NCBI GenBank assembly: GCA_963744145.1 | Contig: CAVUSO010000001.1 | Span: 5,952,001 to 6,016,000 of the forward strand | DNA length: 64,000 nucleotides | DNA from: an uncultured cyanobacterium | GTDB lineage: Bacteria; Cyanobacteriota; Cyanobacteriia; Cyanobacteriales; CAWUOF01 | Direction of reading: 5' to 3' | In this document: piece by piece, positions 32,361-44,031 of the stretch | How the letters are laid out: every line of letters starts with the position of its first letter | Position numbering within the stretch: the first letter of the stretch is position 1 | Notes under the pieces: generated by a model | What the model saw: only the letters and a program-made list of their open reading frames with translations | Told to the model about the DNA's origin: nothing | Database searches by the model: none | Program-made: the position numbers and the translations under genes

Positions 32361-34604
32361 CCCACATTCCGCACCCTCACTGGCACATCTTAATAAAAGG
32401 GTAAAAATTGGGGACGAAGAAAGTTGGCTCAAAAAGATCATAAATGAGATTAATGAGAATAAATTTTATTAAACTAGATTTATGAGCAGAAAGAGATCAT
32501 GGGTTATTGAGAGATTAACCGTAGCAGAAGTCCGGAAAATGAAAGAGTAAAAAAATTAATTGCAATCGAGCCTAAAAATGCGATAATTGAACCAAAAATT
32601 GGCTCGTTAAATTGGGTAACTATGGTAGACATAAACGATATTAAAATTCAGAATATCGACCATCTGGGGTTAGTAGCAGGAATAGTAGATACGATTGGAA
32701 TAGTAGAAATAATTAATAATTTAATCGGGATAGAATCGGGAGAAAAAGTTACTGCTGGACAAGCAGTTAAAGCAATGATTATCAATGGGTTAGGATTTAT
32801 TTCTAAACCATTATATATGTTTCCGAAATTTTTTGAATCAATTCCCTGTGAACATTTAATAGGAGCCGGGGTAAAGCCCGAATATTTAAATGACGATAAA
32901 CTGGGAAGAGTGATGGATAAACTATATAGTAAAGGACTGGATACAATATTTTTAGCAATTACTTTAAATGCAGTTAAAAAGTTTGATATATCTTTAAATA
33001 CATCCCATCTAGACTCATCGTCAATTCACGTACATGGGGAATATCATCAAGAATTACCAGAGATAATATTTAGTCAGCCAGAATTGTCATACCAAGGAGA
33101 GCCCCAAATAAAATCGCGACAACCAATCAAAATAAATTACGGTTATTCCCGTGACCATAGACCTGATTTAAAACAATTTTTAATAGAATTAGTATGTACC
33201 GGGGATGGAGATATCCCAATATTTTTAAAAGCAGCGTCAGGAAATCAAGCCGACTCATCATGCTTTGCGAAGATAGCAATTGATTATAAAAATCAAATAA
33301 AAGTAGATAGTTTAATCGTAGCTGATTGTGCCTTATATACAGAAGATAATCTCAAATTAATGTCGGAAATTAAGTGGTTAAGCCGAGTACCGTTAAAGAT
33401 AAAATTAGCCCAAGAATTAGTAGCAAATTTGCCAGATTCAGAATTTACTAAAAGCAAATTAGTTGGATATTCATGGGCGGCAAAAGAGCAGACTTATGGT
33501 GGGATAAAGCAAAGATGGCTAGTTGTGGAAAGTCAAGAAAGAAGAGAATCAGATTTACGGAAATTATCACAGAAAATTAGTAAATCCGCCACCAAACTGA
33601 ACAGCGAATTAGGAAAATTATCCCAAGATAGATTTGCCTGTAAAGCTGATGCAGTCAAGGCATTAACTCACCTATCGAAATCCTTTAAATATCATCAAAT
33701 TGAACCAAAAGAAGTAAGGGAAATCAGACCAGATAAATTAGATAAAAGTCAAAAAAAGTGTTATCAAATTCTCGGCAGTTTTACCGAGGATAAAAGCCAA
33801 ATTGAACAAGAAACTAACAGTGCAGGTAGATTCATAATTGCGACGAACGTTTTAGCAGAAAGCGAAATTAGTAATGAGGCAATGCTGACTGAGTATAAGG
33901 CACAGCAATCCTGTGAAAGAGGATTTGGTTTTCTTAAAGATCCCACATTTTTTGCAGATAGTGTTTATCTGAAAAGTCCCGAACGCATCGAATCATTAGC
34001 AGCAATTATGGGGCTAGGTTTACTGGTTTATACCCTAGCACAAAGACAAATACGAGCCGCTTTATCAGCAGCAAAATCAACCATAAAAAATCAGTTAGGG
34101 AAAGCAACAGACCGTCCAACAGCTAAATGGATATTTCAATGCTTTCAAGCAATTCACCTGGTCACATTTCAACAACAACAACAAGTATCTAATTGGAGTA
34201 ATGAACGTGAATTTATCCTGACCCTGCTACCAGAAGATTGTCGGCGCTACTATAAATTTATCACTTAATCCTCTTGCTAATATAGCATAAATATATTTAG
34301 CTTGAATGAGTTCTTGAATTTAATTAAGAGCTAAGAATTAACCTATCTTAACTAGAGATTGTTCAGTTATTAACTAACAAAACTGAGTTAAGAGAGCTAG
34401 TCAACACCAAAATTTATTGAAAAAACGGGCCGAAATCCTCATTTTCTACTTATTGCTAATAATTATTAATAAACTAGAGATTGATGACCTGACCATCAAG
34501 GTTTAAAAACCTCTTTTTTGACGATAGTGGGCCAAAATTTCAGCTTTGATAGAGGTTTATTTCAGTAATTACGAATTGTGACAGTTCAGGGTGCGGAATG
34601 TGGG
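32361..34604 (+). mobile_element. IS1634-family insertion sequence
   Basis: 17-bp TIR CCCACATTCCGCACCCT / AGGGTGCGGAATGTGGG, 6-bp target duplication ATATAT. Confidence 0.92.
32622..34268 (+). CDS. IS1634-family transposase
   Basis: DHLGLVAG, LNDDKLGR, GYSRDHRPDLKQ, ERGFGFLK. Confidence 0.93.
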   Translation: MVDINDIKIQNIDHLGLVAGIVDTIGIVEIINNLIGIESGEKVTAGQAVKAMIINGLGFISKPLYMFPKFFESIPCEHLIGAGVKPEYLNDDKLGRVMDKLYSKGLDTIFLAITLNAVKKFDISLNTSHLDSSSIHVHGEYHQELPEIIFSQPELSYQGEPQIKSRQPIKINYGYSRDHRPDLKQFLIELVCTGDGDIPIFLKAASGNQADSSCFAKIAIDYKNQIKVDSLIVADCALYTEDNLKLMSEIKWLSRVPLKIKLAQELVANLPDSEFTKSKLVGYSWAAKEQTYGGIKQRWLVVESQERRESDLRKLSQKISKSATKLNSELGKLSQDRFACKADAVKALTHLSKSFKYHQIEPKEVREIRPDKLDKSQKKCYQILGSFTEDKSQIEQETNSAGRFIIATNVLAESEISNEAMLTEYKAQQSCERGFGFLKDPTFFADSVYLKSPERIESLAAIMGLGLLVYTLAQRQIRAALSAAKSTIKNQLGKATDRPTAKWIFQCFQAIHLVTFQQQQQVSNWSNEREFILTLLPEDCRRYYKFIT

Positions 34605-34809
34605 ATATATGTATGTCAGCATGAATCGCAACCGAGAGAATTGGAAATGGTTTAGTCGAGTGGGAGTGGTTGGGTTTTAGGGGGTGATCGCAACGAAACT
34701 CAAAATGCGGTGATCGCTATCCTTTCCTATGCTACAATCCAGAAGAGAATTTCAAACAAAAGCGGTTTATATTAATTGTTGGGTGAATTCTGCACTCACT
34801 GTTTTTAGT

Positions 34810-35226
34810 ATGTCTGCCAAAGATATCTACCACAATGCCGTTAAAAATGCCTTAATTAAAGATGGTTGGAAAATTACGGCTGACCCCTACTTGATCAAAT
34901 ATGAGGATGCTGGGTTGTATGCGGATTTAGCAGCCGAAAAGCCGATTGCAGCCGAACGTCAGGGACAAAAGATAGTTGTTGAAATTAAGAGCTTTGTTGG
35001 ACGTTCGCTCATGCATGATTTTCATGCTGCCCTCGGTCAATACATTGTATACCGAAATCTTATTCAACTCACCGCGACCGAATACACGCTATATTTGGCA
35101 ATTGATGATGTTGTATACAAAGAGTTCTTTCAACGTAAGTCTGTACAAATAGTTACTCATCAGAATCAGCTTCTTTTAATAGTAGTTGAGATGGAAAAAG
35201 AGGAAATTAGGCAATGGATAAACTAG
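34810..35226 (+). CDS. xisH: XisH-family protein (ORF track start 34729; likely start 34810)
   Basis: MSAKDIYHNAVKNALIKDGW.IT.DP, EIKSF, ALGQY. Confidence 0.92.
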   Translation: MSAKDIYHNAVKNALIKDGWKITADPYLIKYEDAGLYADLAAEKPIAAERQGQKIVVEIKSFVGRSLMHDFHAALGQYIVYRNLIQLTATEYTLYLAIDDVVYKEFFQRKSVQIVTHQNQLLLIVVEMEKEEIRQWIN

Positions 35227-35567
35227 AATATTATCGCAGTACAATTAAAAAAATATTAACTCGATATTATGAAATGACGATCAAGGGATCGCTTACGTTA
35301 GATGAATTAGAGTCAGATAATCGCCTTGCATTTGACGAAGAACGAGATCAATATCTATGGTTTCACTCTGGCTGGGAAGGCAAACAACGGATACGCTATA
35401 TTACTATGTATCTTCGCATTAAAGATGGCAAAATCTGGGTTGAAGAAGATTGGACTGATTTGGGTGTAGTTGACGATTTATTAGCAGCAGAAATTCCTAA
35501 GAGTGATATTGTTTTAGGATTTCATCATCCTAGTAAACGACCTTTCACAGAATTTGCTACAGCTTGA
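35214..35567 (+). CDS. xisI: XisI-family protein
   Basis: MDKLE.YR, IKDGKIWVEED.T, DIVLGF; overlaps xisH stop. Confidence 0.92.
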   Translation: MDKLEYYRSTIKKILTRYYEMTIKGSLTLDELESDNRLAFDEERDQYLWFHSGWEGKQRIRYITMYLRIKDGKIWVEEDWTDLGVVDDLLAAEIPKSDIVLGFHHPSKRPFTEFATA

Positions 35568-35756
35568 TGAGAAACAAATATTTCAAAGCCCGATCAGATT
35601 CAATTGATTTTGATGGGAGGTGTTAATATGGGTCTAATTTTACCAGATTTGACCCTAAATTTCCGGTAGTGCCTGCAAGATAGTGCAGGTACGAAAAATC
35701 AATAGTTTCGTACTCTTCAACACCCAAACAAGGCTAGCCAGATCGACGATTTTCCC

Positions 35757-35783
35757 TAGGGGCGTATTGCAATACGCCCCTAC
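35757..35783. repeat. REP-like palindrome GGGCGTATTGCAATACGCCC (also at 39088-39115, 39765-39792, 41061-41085, degenerate 53648-53675)
   Basis: Five copies read directly, usually framed by GTA(G/C)...(C/G)TAC. Confidence 0.9.
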
Positions 35784-35844
35784 CCTGGTTTTTCTCTCAG
35801 CACCTTGCTGGGCTAATTTTGCTTAGTCTAAACTCCAGTATATA

Positions 35845-36006
35845 CCAATCAGGTTCAGTTAAGAGAACTCTTGCAAAAATAACTAGGACAGTCAAGATGA
35901 CTGTCCCACAAGAGGTTTTTTCTAGTGGGACAGACATTTTGTCTGTCTCATAAATTGATTAAAATGGCGTCGAAGTAACATTTTTGTCTTAACTGAACCG
36001 AATTGA
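35845..36006. repeat. Short MITE-like element
   Basis: IR GGTTCAGTTAAGA (35852-35864)/TCTTAACTGAACC (35987-35999); internal hairpins GGACAGTCAAGATGACTGTCC and GGACAGACATTTTGTCTGTCT. Confidence 0.65.
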
Positions 36007-36789
36007 ATTATAAGTAGGTAGCTCTAGTAATAAGCGAGAATATTGATTATTTTTTACCTTGGTAAATCGGTCTATCGGCTACTTTAATCAAAAGTTTTTG
36101 CAATGGCTGGTTATTATTTAAGATGATAATAATAGTAGATTTTGGGCAATCTAATTCAGCAAATAAACGCTTAAGTAATTTGTTTTCTTGCTCTTTTTTA
36201 TCAGTCTCCCAAAAACTAATACGACGGATCACACCTAAAACATACAAAGGTTTTTCTGGGAAATATTTGACTTTTTTTTGGACTAAAAATACTTCTTGTA
36301 TTTCGGGATAATGAAGAAATTGTTCCTGTAAATAGGTTACTTCTTTTGCCGCAAGTTCATGATGTTTAAACTGATCATTTACACTAATAGTAGAACGTTC
36401 TTCCTGAGCTTTAGCCAAGCATTTGTAATGTTCTTCGGCCCGCTGAATATACCGATTAGCTTGGCTCTCATTGTGCTGTTGTTTAAAAAAATTGTAAATT
36501 AACTCACATCCACTTAAAAATACATCTGAATCTTTTTTCATCGCAACTTCTAAATATGGAATACCTGTAATATCTTTTTGTGCTATGAGAATTGATCCGA
36601 GTAGATAATTAGCGTATACATGATCTCCTTGTGTTTTTAAAACCGACTCTAACAAAGGAATAGCTTCGCGATCGCCGATCACTTCTGCGGTTAAACGAGC
36701 CTGATCCCAAGCTTCTTTAAGAGAAAGTGATTGATTTAAAGCTTTTTGCTCCAAAGCTTGCAACGATAATCGAGAATTCTGAATATAAT

Positions 36790-37940
36790 AGACATCTCCT
36801 AAAACTTATAAGCTAGTTATGGTAAGCATTTTAGCGTTTTTCCTGTTTAAATTTATCATCGCTGAAACGTATATTTTTCGTAGTTTTACTTCATTGATCC
36901 AATTTCAGGTTAAAACTATGACTCACTATGATCTCGATTTCTTTATCTATTTCTGACGGATTAACTACTTTAATAAGTAAAGCATTTATTCTTAATCTTA
37001 CTAACCCGCAAATCGTTAAAAATATTGATTTATATTTGATTTTACTTAATCTAAATCTCTCTTGCATTATCCTAAATATTTTGATAATTCTAATTAAATG
37101 TTCGACAAATATTCTCTCTGATGAGATCTCTTTATTTGTTTCTTTTTGTGATTGAGTTAATTCACCCCCTTTCGGTTTTTTGGCTGGTGTTTTAATTTGT
37201 TCTTCTCCTATGTAAGCTTTATCTCCACTAAATTTTTGGGTTTTTGAAAATTTACTTAAAGTTTCTCTACATATTTTTATGTCACTTGTAGGTCCTGGTT
37301 CTCCTGCTACTACATCGACAATATCTTTAGCTTTTGGTAGACTGATCACTTGGTTTTTAAAAGTATGATTTTTCTTTTTACCTGAGTAATATTTTTTCTG
37401 CTCCTCATAAGACAAAGCCCTTTCTATTGGCTGTTCTTCGCTGTCTACTATTAGTTCATAATCAGTAAGTTTTTCCAGGATTTCTGATGAATTTTCCTCA
37501 AACTTTTTTACTTGTTCTAATAGAGAACATGGCAAAGCTTCTCTTAATATTTGTTGCCAATAGTGAAAAATCTTATGAGCAGTTGATTCACTTACTTGAA
37601 ACATCAATCCTAATAATTGAAAATTTAGATGATGTCTAAGATAGACTAAGGTTAAAATGATTTGCTCTTTTTTTTCTAGTTTTGATTCTCTCCCTCCTCC
37701 TGATTTAATTATTCTTACTTTCTGTTCTTCTTGTTCTTGTTCTTTTTGGTCATGCAAAATTAAAGCATATTCTATCAACTGTTCTAATTGGTTATAATTA
37801 ATTCCCAATAATCGTTTAGTTTCCTTCTGGTTTTTTTGGATGTATTCCCAAGTATAATTACTCATTTTAGTAATTACTCCATTAATGTTCTAGATCATTA
37901 TACCATATTTTTGGTTTTTCATTATATTATGGAGATGTCT
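36790..37940 (-). mobile_element. IS5-family (ISL2-like) insertion sequence; transposase 36891-37865
   Basis: TIR AGACATCTCC/GGAGATGTCT, 3-bp duplication AAT; HTH plus IVDS.E, YYSGKKK.HT.K, GDKAY, ERIFVEH. Confidence 0.85.
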
Positions 37941-39078
37941 AATTATATCGTTCTTTCCACTGATAATTAACTGCGGTTTGCCAATCTTTACTTAATTGGG
38001 TAGTGATGTTTGCTAATTCTTTACCTAAAAACTTTTGAGCAGCAGTAATTTTTAGAGTTGTAGTATTAGCAGTAATGCGATCGCAACCCAAAGCCTTTAA
38101 TCGATCTGCTAAACAAGGGTGTGTATCAGCATTGCTAGTTTTTATAGCTAAGGCATCATCTAACCATTTTTGCATAATTTCTGGTTCTATCTCTGTTTTT
38201 AGTACCTGCTCTAATGTGCTGAAAATATTAGCTGGAGGATCGGGCAAATTATCTGCTTGTTTATAAATTTTATTCCAAAAATTTTGATCTAAAAACTGAG
38301 TTTTAACCCGGGAACTGACTAGGGCTCTTGCGGTTTCTTGATTTCCTACTAATTCAGCAGCACAACGATCGGCTTCATATTCATTAGCGCGGGCTAAAAC
38401 GAAAGTATAAGCATTAAAAAAAGGTGTATACCAATTAAAAAATCTATTAAATAAAATACCAGCTCCCGCATAATCGCTTTGATTAAGCCTGACTAAAATC
38501 TGCTCCCAAGTTTTTCGGACTCGATAAATCCAACCTGCAAAACGACCGTGATTTCCTGATAAATGTCCTAATTCATGGCAAAGAACAGCCTGAAATTCCA
38601 TGGGAGAAAGAGCTTGCAATAAAGGAAGTCCAAGCAGCAAATAGTTTTGTTGCCACCCTAACAAACCCAGACGGGGAACTTGCATAACTCCTGCATTAAA
38701 TTCAGTATTTAAAATAACCCGGTGAAATGGAGGAGATTGAAGGGTTTTTCGGATTTTATCTAAAAGAGAAAATAACTGAGGTGTTTGTTGTCGAGTTAAT
38801 TCTAATCCATGAGGAATCGGAATCCTGATCGAGAGCGCTTGCAAAATCACCAAAGCTGGTGCTAGTAATAAAATAGCTAACTTAATCATCCCAATATATA
38901 ACCGATGGTGATGAATAAGATCAAAAATAATAGCTAGAGACACCACTATTCCAAGTGCTAACAATAGGATTAATATTAAAAAAATATAACCATAGCCAAG
39001 AATTGCTAATAATCTCACCGAAAAACGTACAGGTCAGCCCCTGGCTTTAGACATGGGGAGGAAATGGACCAGGCGATT

Positions 39079-39516
39079 TTAATCGCCGTAGGGGCGTATT
39101 GCAATACGCCCGTACCCTGGTTTCCATTTCTGATTTTCAATATATTTCTTAACCACATCTAATGGCGCACCGCCAACGGTGACCACAAAATAAGAATTAG
39201 TCCATAAGGTAGGTAGTCTACTTTTGAGCCAAGGAAATTCTTGTCTCAAATAGCGAGATGATCGACCTTTCATGATTTTAACAACTTGCTGGACACCAAA
39301 TTGAGGATCAATGCTAATCAATAAATGAACATGATCTGGCATGACTTCAAGCTCAATGATTTCGCATTTCTTTTCTTGAGCTACTTCCTGAATAATTTCT
39401 TTCAGTCTAGTATCAACACCGTTGACTAACACTTTGCGTCGATATTTGGGACACCAAACAATGTGATATTGACAAACATATAAGATATTGTTATTTGATT
39501 TAAAGTGATTTGCCAT
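39079..39516 (-). CDS. tnpA: IS200-type Y1 HUH transposase TnpA (ORF track start 39642; likely start 39516)
   Basis: YHIVWCPKYRR, DHVHLL, LWTNSYF, YIENQ. Confidence 0.92.
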   Translation of the reverse strand: MANHFKSNNNILYVCQYHIVWCPKYRRKVLVNGVDTRLKEIIQEVAQEKKCEIIELEVMPDHVHLLISIDPQFGVQQVVKIMKGRSSRYLRQEFPWLKSRLPTLWTNSYFVVTVGGAPLDVVKKYIENQKWKPGYGRIAIRPYGD

Positions 39517-39571
39517 TGCTAGTATGTACTTGCCTACTGTATAATAGTGACATTGTTTAACTAATAAGTCA

Positions 39572-41024
39572 ATGCCTCGCCAATCTAGACCTACTAAGAC
39601 CCCATCATTTATTGTTGAGATACCTTTGGTAGTATCCGACAAAGATGCTGGGATTTTAAATTCTAGATTTGAAGCGGGTCGGCAACTTTATAACGCCTGC
39701 TTGGGGGAGGCAATGCGGCGACTAAAGCTGGTTAAACAATCTAAGAAATATCAAGAAGCCAGAAGTACGGGCGTATTGCAATACGCCCCTACCAAGGGCA
39801 AAGCCAGAACAGCAGCATTTAAAGAAGCAAATCAGACATATAAATATAGCGAATATGATTTGCATTCTTATTGTACGACTGTTCGTAATTCTTGGTTGAG
39901 CGAACATATTGACGCAAACACCGCGCAAAAATTAGCGACCCGTGCCTTCAATGCTTCTAGTCGTGTAGCTTTCGGTCCAAGCCAAGAAAGTTAGGTTTAA
40001 AGGTAAAAATCAACTTGATTCCTTAGAAGGCAAGACAAATAAGACGGGGATTAGATGGGTAAAAGAAACTTTGGTTTGGGGAAATATCCAACTCAAACCA
40101 TACTTAACCACTTACGACCCAGTAATAACTCATGGCTTAAACAGTCGAGTTAAATACGTTAGATTGGTGCGTCGTCGGGTTAATGGTAAAACCTTTTACT
40201 ACTCTCAATTAGTTTGTGAAGGTAAATCATTTCAAAAGCCTAAGAACAAAATTGGTAATGGTTCTGTTGGTTTAGATATAGGACCCTCTACCATTGCTAT
40301 TGTGGGAGATGATTCAGCCAAATTAACCTTGTTCGCATCAGAATTGCAGTCGAAGGATAAAGAAATTCGCCGATTACAAAGAAAGATGGAAAGGTCTAGA
40401 AGGGTGAATAATCCCCACAACTACAACCCGGATTTTTTTGATAAAAAAGGACAACAGAAAAAAGGAACTGTCAAAAAAGGATGTAGACGGTGGAATAATT
40501 CTAAAACCTATCTTCAAACCAGAACATCTAAGGGGAATCTAGAACGAGAATTAGCGGCTCATCGAAAGTCGTTACATGGAAAATTAGTTAATGAAATTCT
40601 CCGTCAAGGTAATACTGTTAAATTAGAAAAACTTTCCTACAAAGCTTTTCAGAAATTATTCGGCAAGTCGGTAGGAAAACGCGCACCAGGGGAATTTGTA
40701 TCGCATCTAAAGCGCAGGGCTGAAAGTGCTGGTGCTAAGGTGATTGAATTCTCAACTTTTTCAACTAAACTGTCGCAAACTTGTCCGTGCAACGTCAAGA
40801 AAAAAAAGCTTTCCGACAGAATCCATCAATGTGATTGTGGAATCCTTTGTCAGAGAGATTTATATTCAGCGTTTCTTGCCAAATTTGTTGATAATGAACT
40901 GCTCCAAGTAGACCTAGCTCAATTAGCTTGGTCAGGTTCGGAACCGATCCTGTTTGCGGCTTGGGAACAGGACACTAAAAAAGAAACTAACTTGCGAGTA
41001 GAAGGACGAGTTCCTTCTTCATGA
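39572..41024 (+). pseudogene. tnpB: TnpB RNA-guided nuclease, frameshifted near 39977
   Basis: GLDIG, LEKLS, LSQTCPC..CDC..QRDLYSAFLA; removing one C at GGTCCAAGCC gives continuous FGQAKKVRFKGK. Confidence 0.85.
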
Positions 41025-41178
41025 AAGGAAATTCCCAGAGTCAGAGCGAGTCGCAGCGAAGGGGCGTATTGCAATACGCCCGTACCAAAATTCTGATGCT
41101 AAGGTCTTGGATGTTGTACCAAATTGGGAGAGCCAAGAAGAGGCATTATTGCATTTTGAACCCCCGTCCCTTTAGGGC

Positions 41179-42668
41179 CTACGGTGTACACACAAGTTGA
41201 GATAGAGTAAGGAGAGAAGGGAAGTAAGGAGAAAAAAGTAGTGGAAAATCCAATTTTAATTCATGTGCAACAATGTGAGAGAACAGCATTCGGAGATCCA
41301 AGACTGGGAAAAAGAGGGGCTTCATTGTATGCAGCAATGGCACAACATCAATCAGTAAATATTCGGAAAATCAGTAAAAATCGAGCCGAGCAAGTTGGAT
41401 ATTACCGATTTTTAGGGAATGAGAATGTAAAAACTGGAGAATTAGTCGTAAGTTTAGGAGAGCATTGCGCCTTACAGGTAGATGGAAAACACCACGTCTT
41501 AGCGATAAGTGATAGTAGTGAAATTAACTTAGAGTCTCACAAAGGGAGATTGAAATCCGAGGGAATTGGAGTAGTAGGAAACAATCAAGATATCGGATTT
41601 TATATTCATCCCACACTGGTATTAGATGCAGAAAATGGATTCCCACTTGGATTAAGTACAGTGCAATTGTGGACAAGAGAACCTGACCATCAGGATCAGC
41701 ATGAAAGAAAATATAAAAACTTACCGATTGAAGAAAAAGAATCCTATAAATGGCTCAAGTCAGCCGCTCAAACCCGCACCTGTTTCAGCTGGTCTAATGT
41801 GAAAATGGTGACTCATATAGGCGATCGGGAAAGCGATATATTTGAAGAATTTGTCAGAGTACCTAATCAACAGCATCATCTCTTAATTAGAGTCGGACAG
41901 AACCGTCGGCTCAAAGAGCAGTCTGAGTCTCTGTATACCTATTTAAGTCAGCAACATTGTGAAGGAACTTATGCCATTGAAGTCCAGGCTGACTCACGGG
42001 TTGGACGAACAGCGAGAGAAGCATTCATGTTAGTACGTTGTGCCCTCGTTCAAATTCAGCGTCCTGAGCATTTATCTGCCGCAGATTATCCAGAAAGTGT
42101 CAATCTTTACGCAGTGGAAGCTGTAGAAGTCAATCCACCAAAAGGTCAACAACCGATTCACTGGCGATTACTCACTACACATAGAGTAGTTTGTATTGAA
42201 CAAGCATTACAAGTAATTGAATGGTACAAATGGCGCTGGCGGATTGAACAACTGTTTGCTACCCTCAAATCCGTTGGCTTAGATCTCGAAGCAACTCAAT
42301 TAGAGTCAATTAAATCTATTCAAAAATTGTGTGTTTTAGCTTTATCGGTAGCTGTCAGAATTTTGCAGTTAATTGTCGGGCGTGACCAGCCTGAATTACC
42401 TGCAACCTACGCATTCAATGATGAACAACAGCAATGTTTATCCCAGATTGCTCCCACTGTTTCCGGACCAACTTTAGCACAACAAAATCCTTATCCACCT
42501 CATTCTTTACCTTGGGCAACTTGGATTATTGCTCGACTGGGTGGTTGGTCTGGCTATCGGTCTCAAAAACCGCCAGGAATTACTACTTTAGTGCGCGGAC
42601 TAAGCCAATTTCAATCCTTTTTTGATGGCTGGAAACTCGCTCTAGGTATGGTTGTGTGTACACCGTAG
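41179..42668 (+). mobile_element. IS4-family (Tn5/IS50-like) insertion sequence; transposase 41241-42668
   Basis: 17-bp TIR CTACGGTGTACACACAA / TTGTGTGTACACCGTAG; 11-bp duplication CCCTTTAGGGC; FGDPRL, GDRESD, YKWRWRIE, IARLGGW. Confidence 0.93.
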
Positions 42669-42950
42669 CCCTTTAGGGCTGGGGTGGCTTCAGATACAAT
42701 TTATAACTAACCGGATTTTGTTGAGCATAATTTTCAACCTGCTTGACCAATAGATCAAATTTTTCTTTTGTCATGGCCATATACTTCTCTCGTTTTAATG
42801 AAAAAAATATTGATGGTATTGATGGGATTAAGCTTTGCGAAAACTTGATTTGCCTAAATTAGCTGATTGGGTTCAAACTATTTTTTTTAGCTCTAGTTAT
42901 TTTTCTGTTTTACTCAACTCTAAAAAATTTGTCAACTGATGATATAAAAA

Positions 42951-42976
42951 TAGGGGCAATTTTAAATTGCCCCTAC
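42951..42976. terminator. Hairpin downstream of rbcS (terminator/REP-like)
   Basis: TAGGGGCAATTTTAAATTGCCCCTA preceded by A tract. Confidence 0.65.
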
Positions 42977-43007
42977 TTAATGTTTAAACTGTCCTAGAAC
43001 CGACCGA

Positions 43008-43343
43008 CTAGAAGCGGCTAGTGCTTGGTTTGTGGACAACAAAACTGAGAATTTGGCACTGTTTTATATTGTCAAAACCGACCACACGAACGAAATGATT
43101 ATTGTATTCAGAACGACAAGCTTGAACTTCACTGAGAACTTCTTGAGTAGTTCTGGCATTGAACAAAGGTAATTTCCACATTGTCCAATACAATTCCTCG
43201 GGTTTAGAATATTCATTGAACTCGATCGCTGGAATATATCCCTTATCAATGATGTACTGAATTTGCTTGGCAATTTGAGCGTCAGTCAAAGGGGGTAAAT
43301 AGGAGAAGGTTTCGTAACGACGCTCTTTCGGTAGAGTTTTCAT
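43008..43343 (-). CDS. rbcS: RuBisCO small subunit
   Basis: [22 protein letters not shown]. Confidence 0.99.
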   Translation of the reverse strand: MKTLPKERRYETFSYLPPLTDAQIAKQIQYIIDKGYIPAIEFNEYSKPEELYWTMWKLPLFNARTTQEVLSEVQACRSEYNNHFVRVVGFDNIKQCQILSFVVHKPSTSRF

Positions 43344-43380
43344 GTCTTGTCTCGTTCTAAATGGATCTAAATTAACTTAA

Positions 43381-43782
43381 TCAGTTATCCAAGTTCGGCT
43401 CAATGCTAATTTCGCGTTCCGGATGGTCGGTGGACTCAGCCCAATTTAGTTGAGTCATTCGTTCCAGATGATCCTTTCGATGACTAATATTTGCCTGACT
43501 AATATTAGCCCGAACCATTTCCGGTAAAAATTCTGCTACTTCCTGAGCTAAATGTTCTCGCACAATCATCAGTCGAAACGCTAAATCTGGCTGTTCTTGA
43601 AGTAACTCTTGGAGATAAACTTCTCCATCTTGGATTTTTTCCGGAGCGGAAAAGCGACTTAGCCATAAAGCTAAGGGAGGATTAGTTTCACTCAACTGGG
43701 CCATTACGGTGCGTAATGCTTGATAGGTCAGATAGCTAGTGAGTACCTTAGCTGTATCTTTGGCGATTTGTTTTAAATCCAT
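43381..43782 (-). CDS. rbcX: RuBisCO assembly chaperone RbcX
   Basis: IAKDTAK.L.SYLTYQA; between rbcL and rbcS. Confidence 0.98.
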   Translation of the reverse strand: MDLKQIAKDTAKVLTSYLTYQALRTVMAQLSETNPPLALWLSRFSAPEKIQDGEVYLQELLQEQPDLAFRLMIVREHLAQEVAEFLPEMVRANISQANISHRKDHLERMTQLNWAESTDHPEREISIEPNLDN

Positions 43783-44031
43783 TTTGTGAATCTTTGATAT
43801 TAACAGTTGTCTGCTACCAAAATTCTTTCTAGATCCTGGGTGTTCTAGCCGTTATTAGGTACAACACCATATCTTTGATCACCTCAAAAAACAGCTATTG
43901 GGGATACTAAGCTAGCCTAATGCACAGAATTTGGCTAAAAATAGTCAAGATTTGTGAATAGTTAGCCGATCCTCCTATCTGACCCCAGTTGAGTTTAAGT
44001 GCAGAGTGGGTTTAACACTCAAAAGCTTAAA

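Larger units (their letters stand above)
32109..35838. mobile_element. Non-autonomous TIR-bounded element carrying xisH-xisI, with nested IS1634
   Basis: Perfect 29-bp inverted repeats CTGGAGTTTAGACTAAGCAAAATTAGCCC at 32109-32137 and 35810-35838, each flanked by TATATA. Confidence 0.75.
39019..42693 (+). mobile_element. IS200/IS605 element (divergent tnpA and tnpB) with nested IS4
   Basis: Left hairpin GCCCCTGGCTTTAGACATGGGG, right hairpin CCCC.GTCCCTTTAGGGCTGGGG then GCTTCAG; preceded by TCAC; these boundaries restore the host ORF frame. Confidence 0.8.
36047..42780 (-). pseudogene. M48/HtpX-family Zn metallopeptidase split into three pieces (42694-42780, ~37941-39018, 36047-~36789)
   Basis: HELGH, EYEAD, DTHP motifs; removing the insertions gives in-frame joins PVSYKLY|VRLLAILG and WKERYN|YIQNSRLSLQALEQ. 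Confidence 0.88.
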
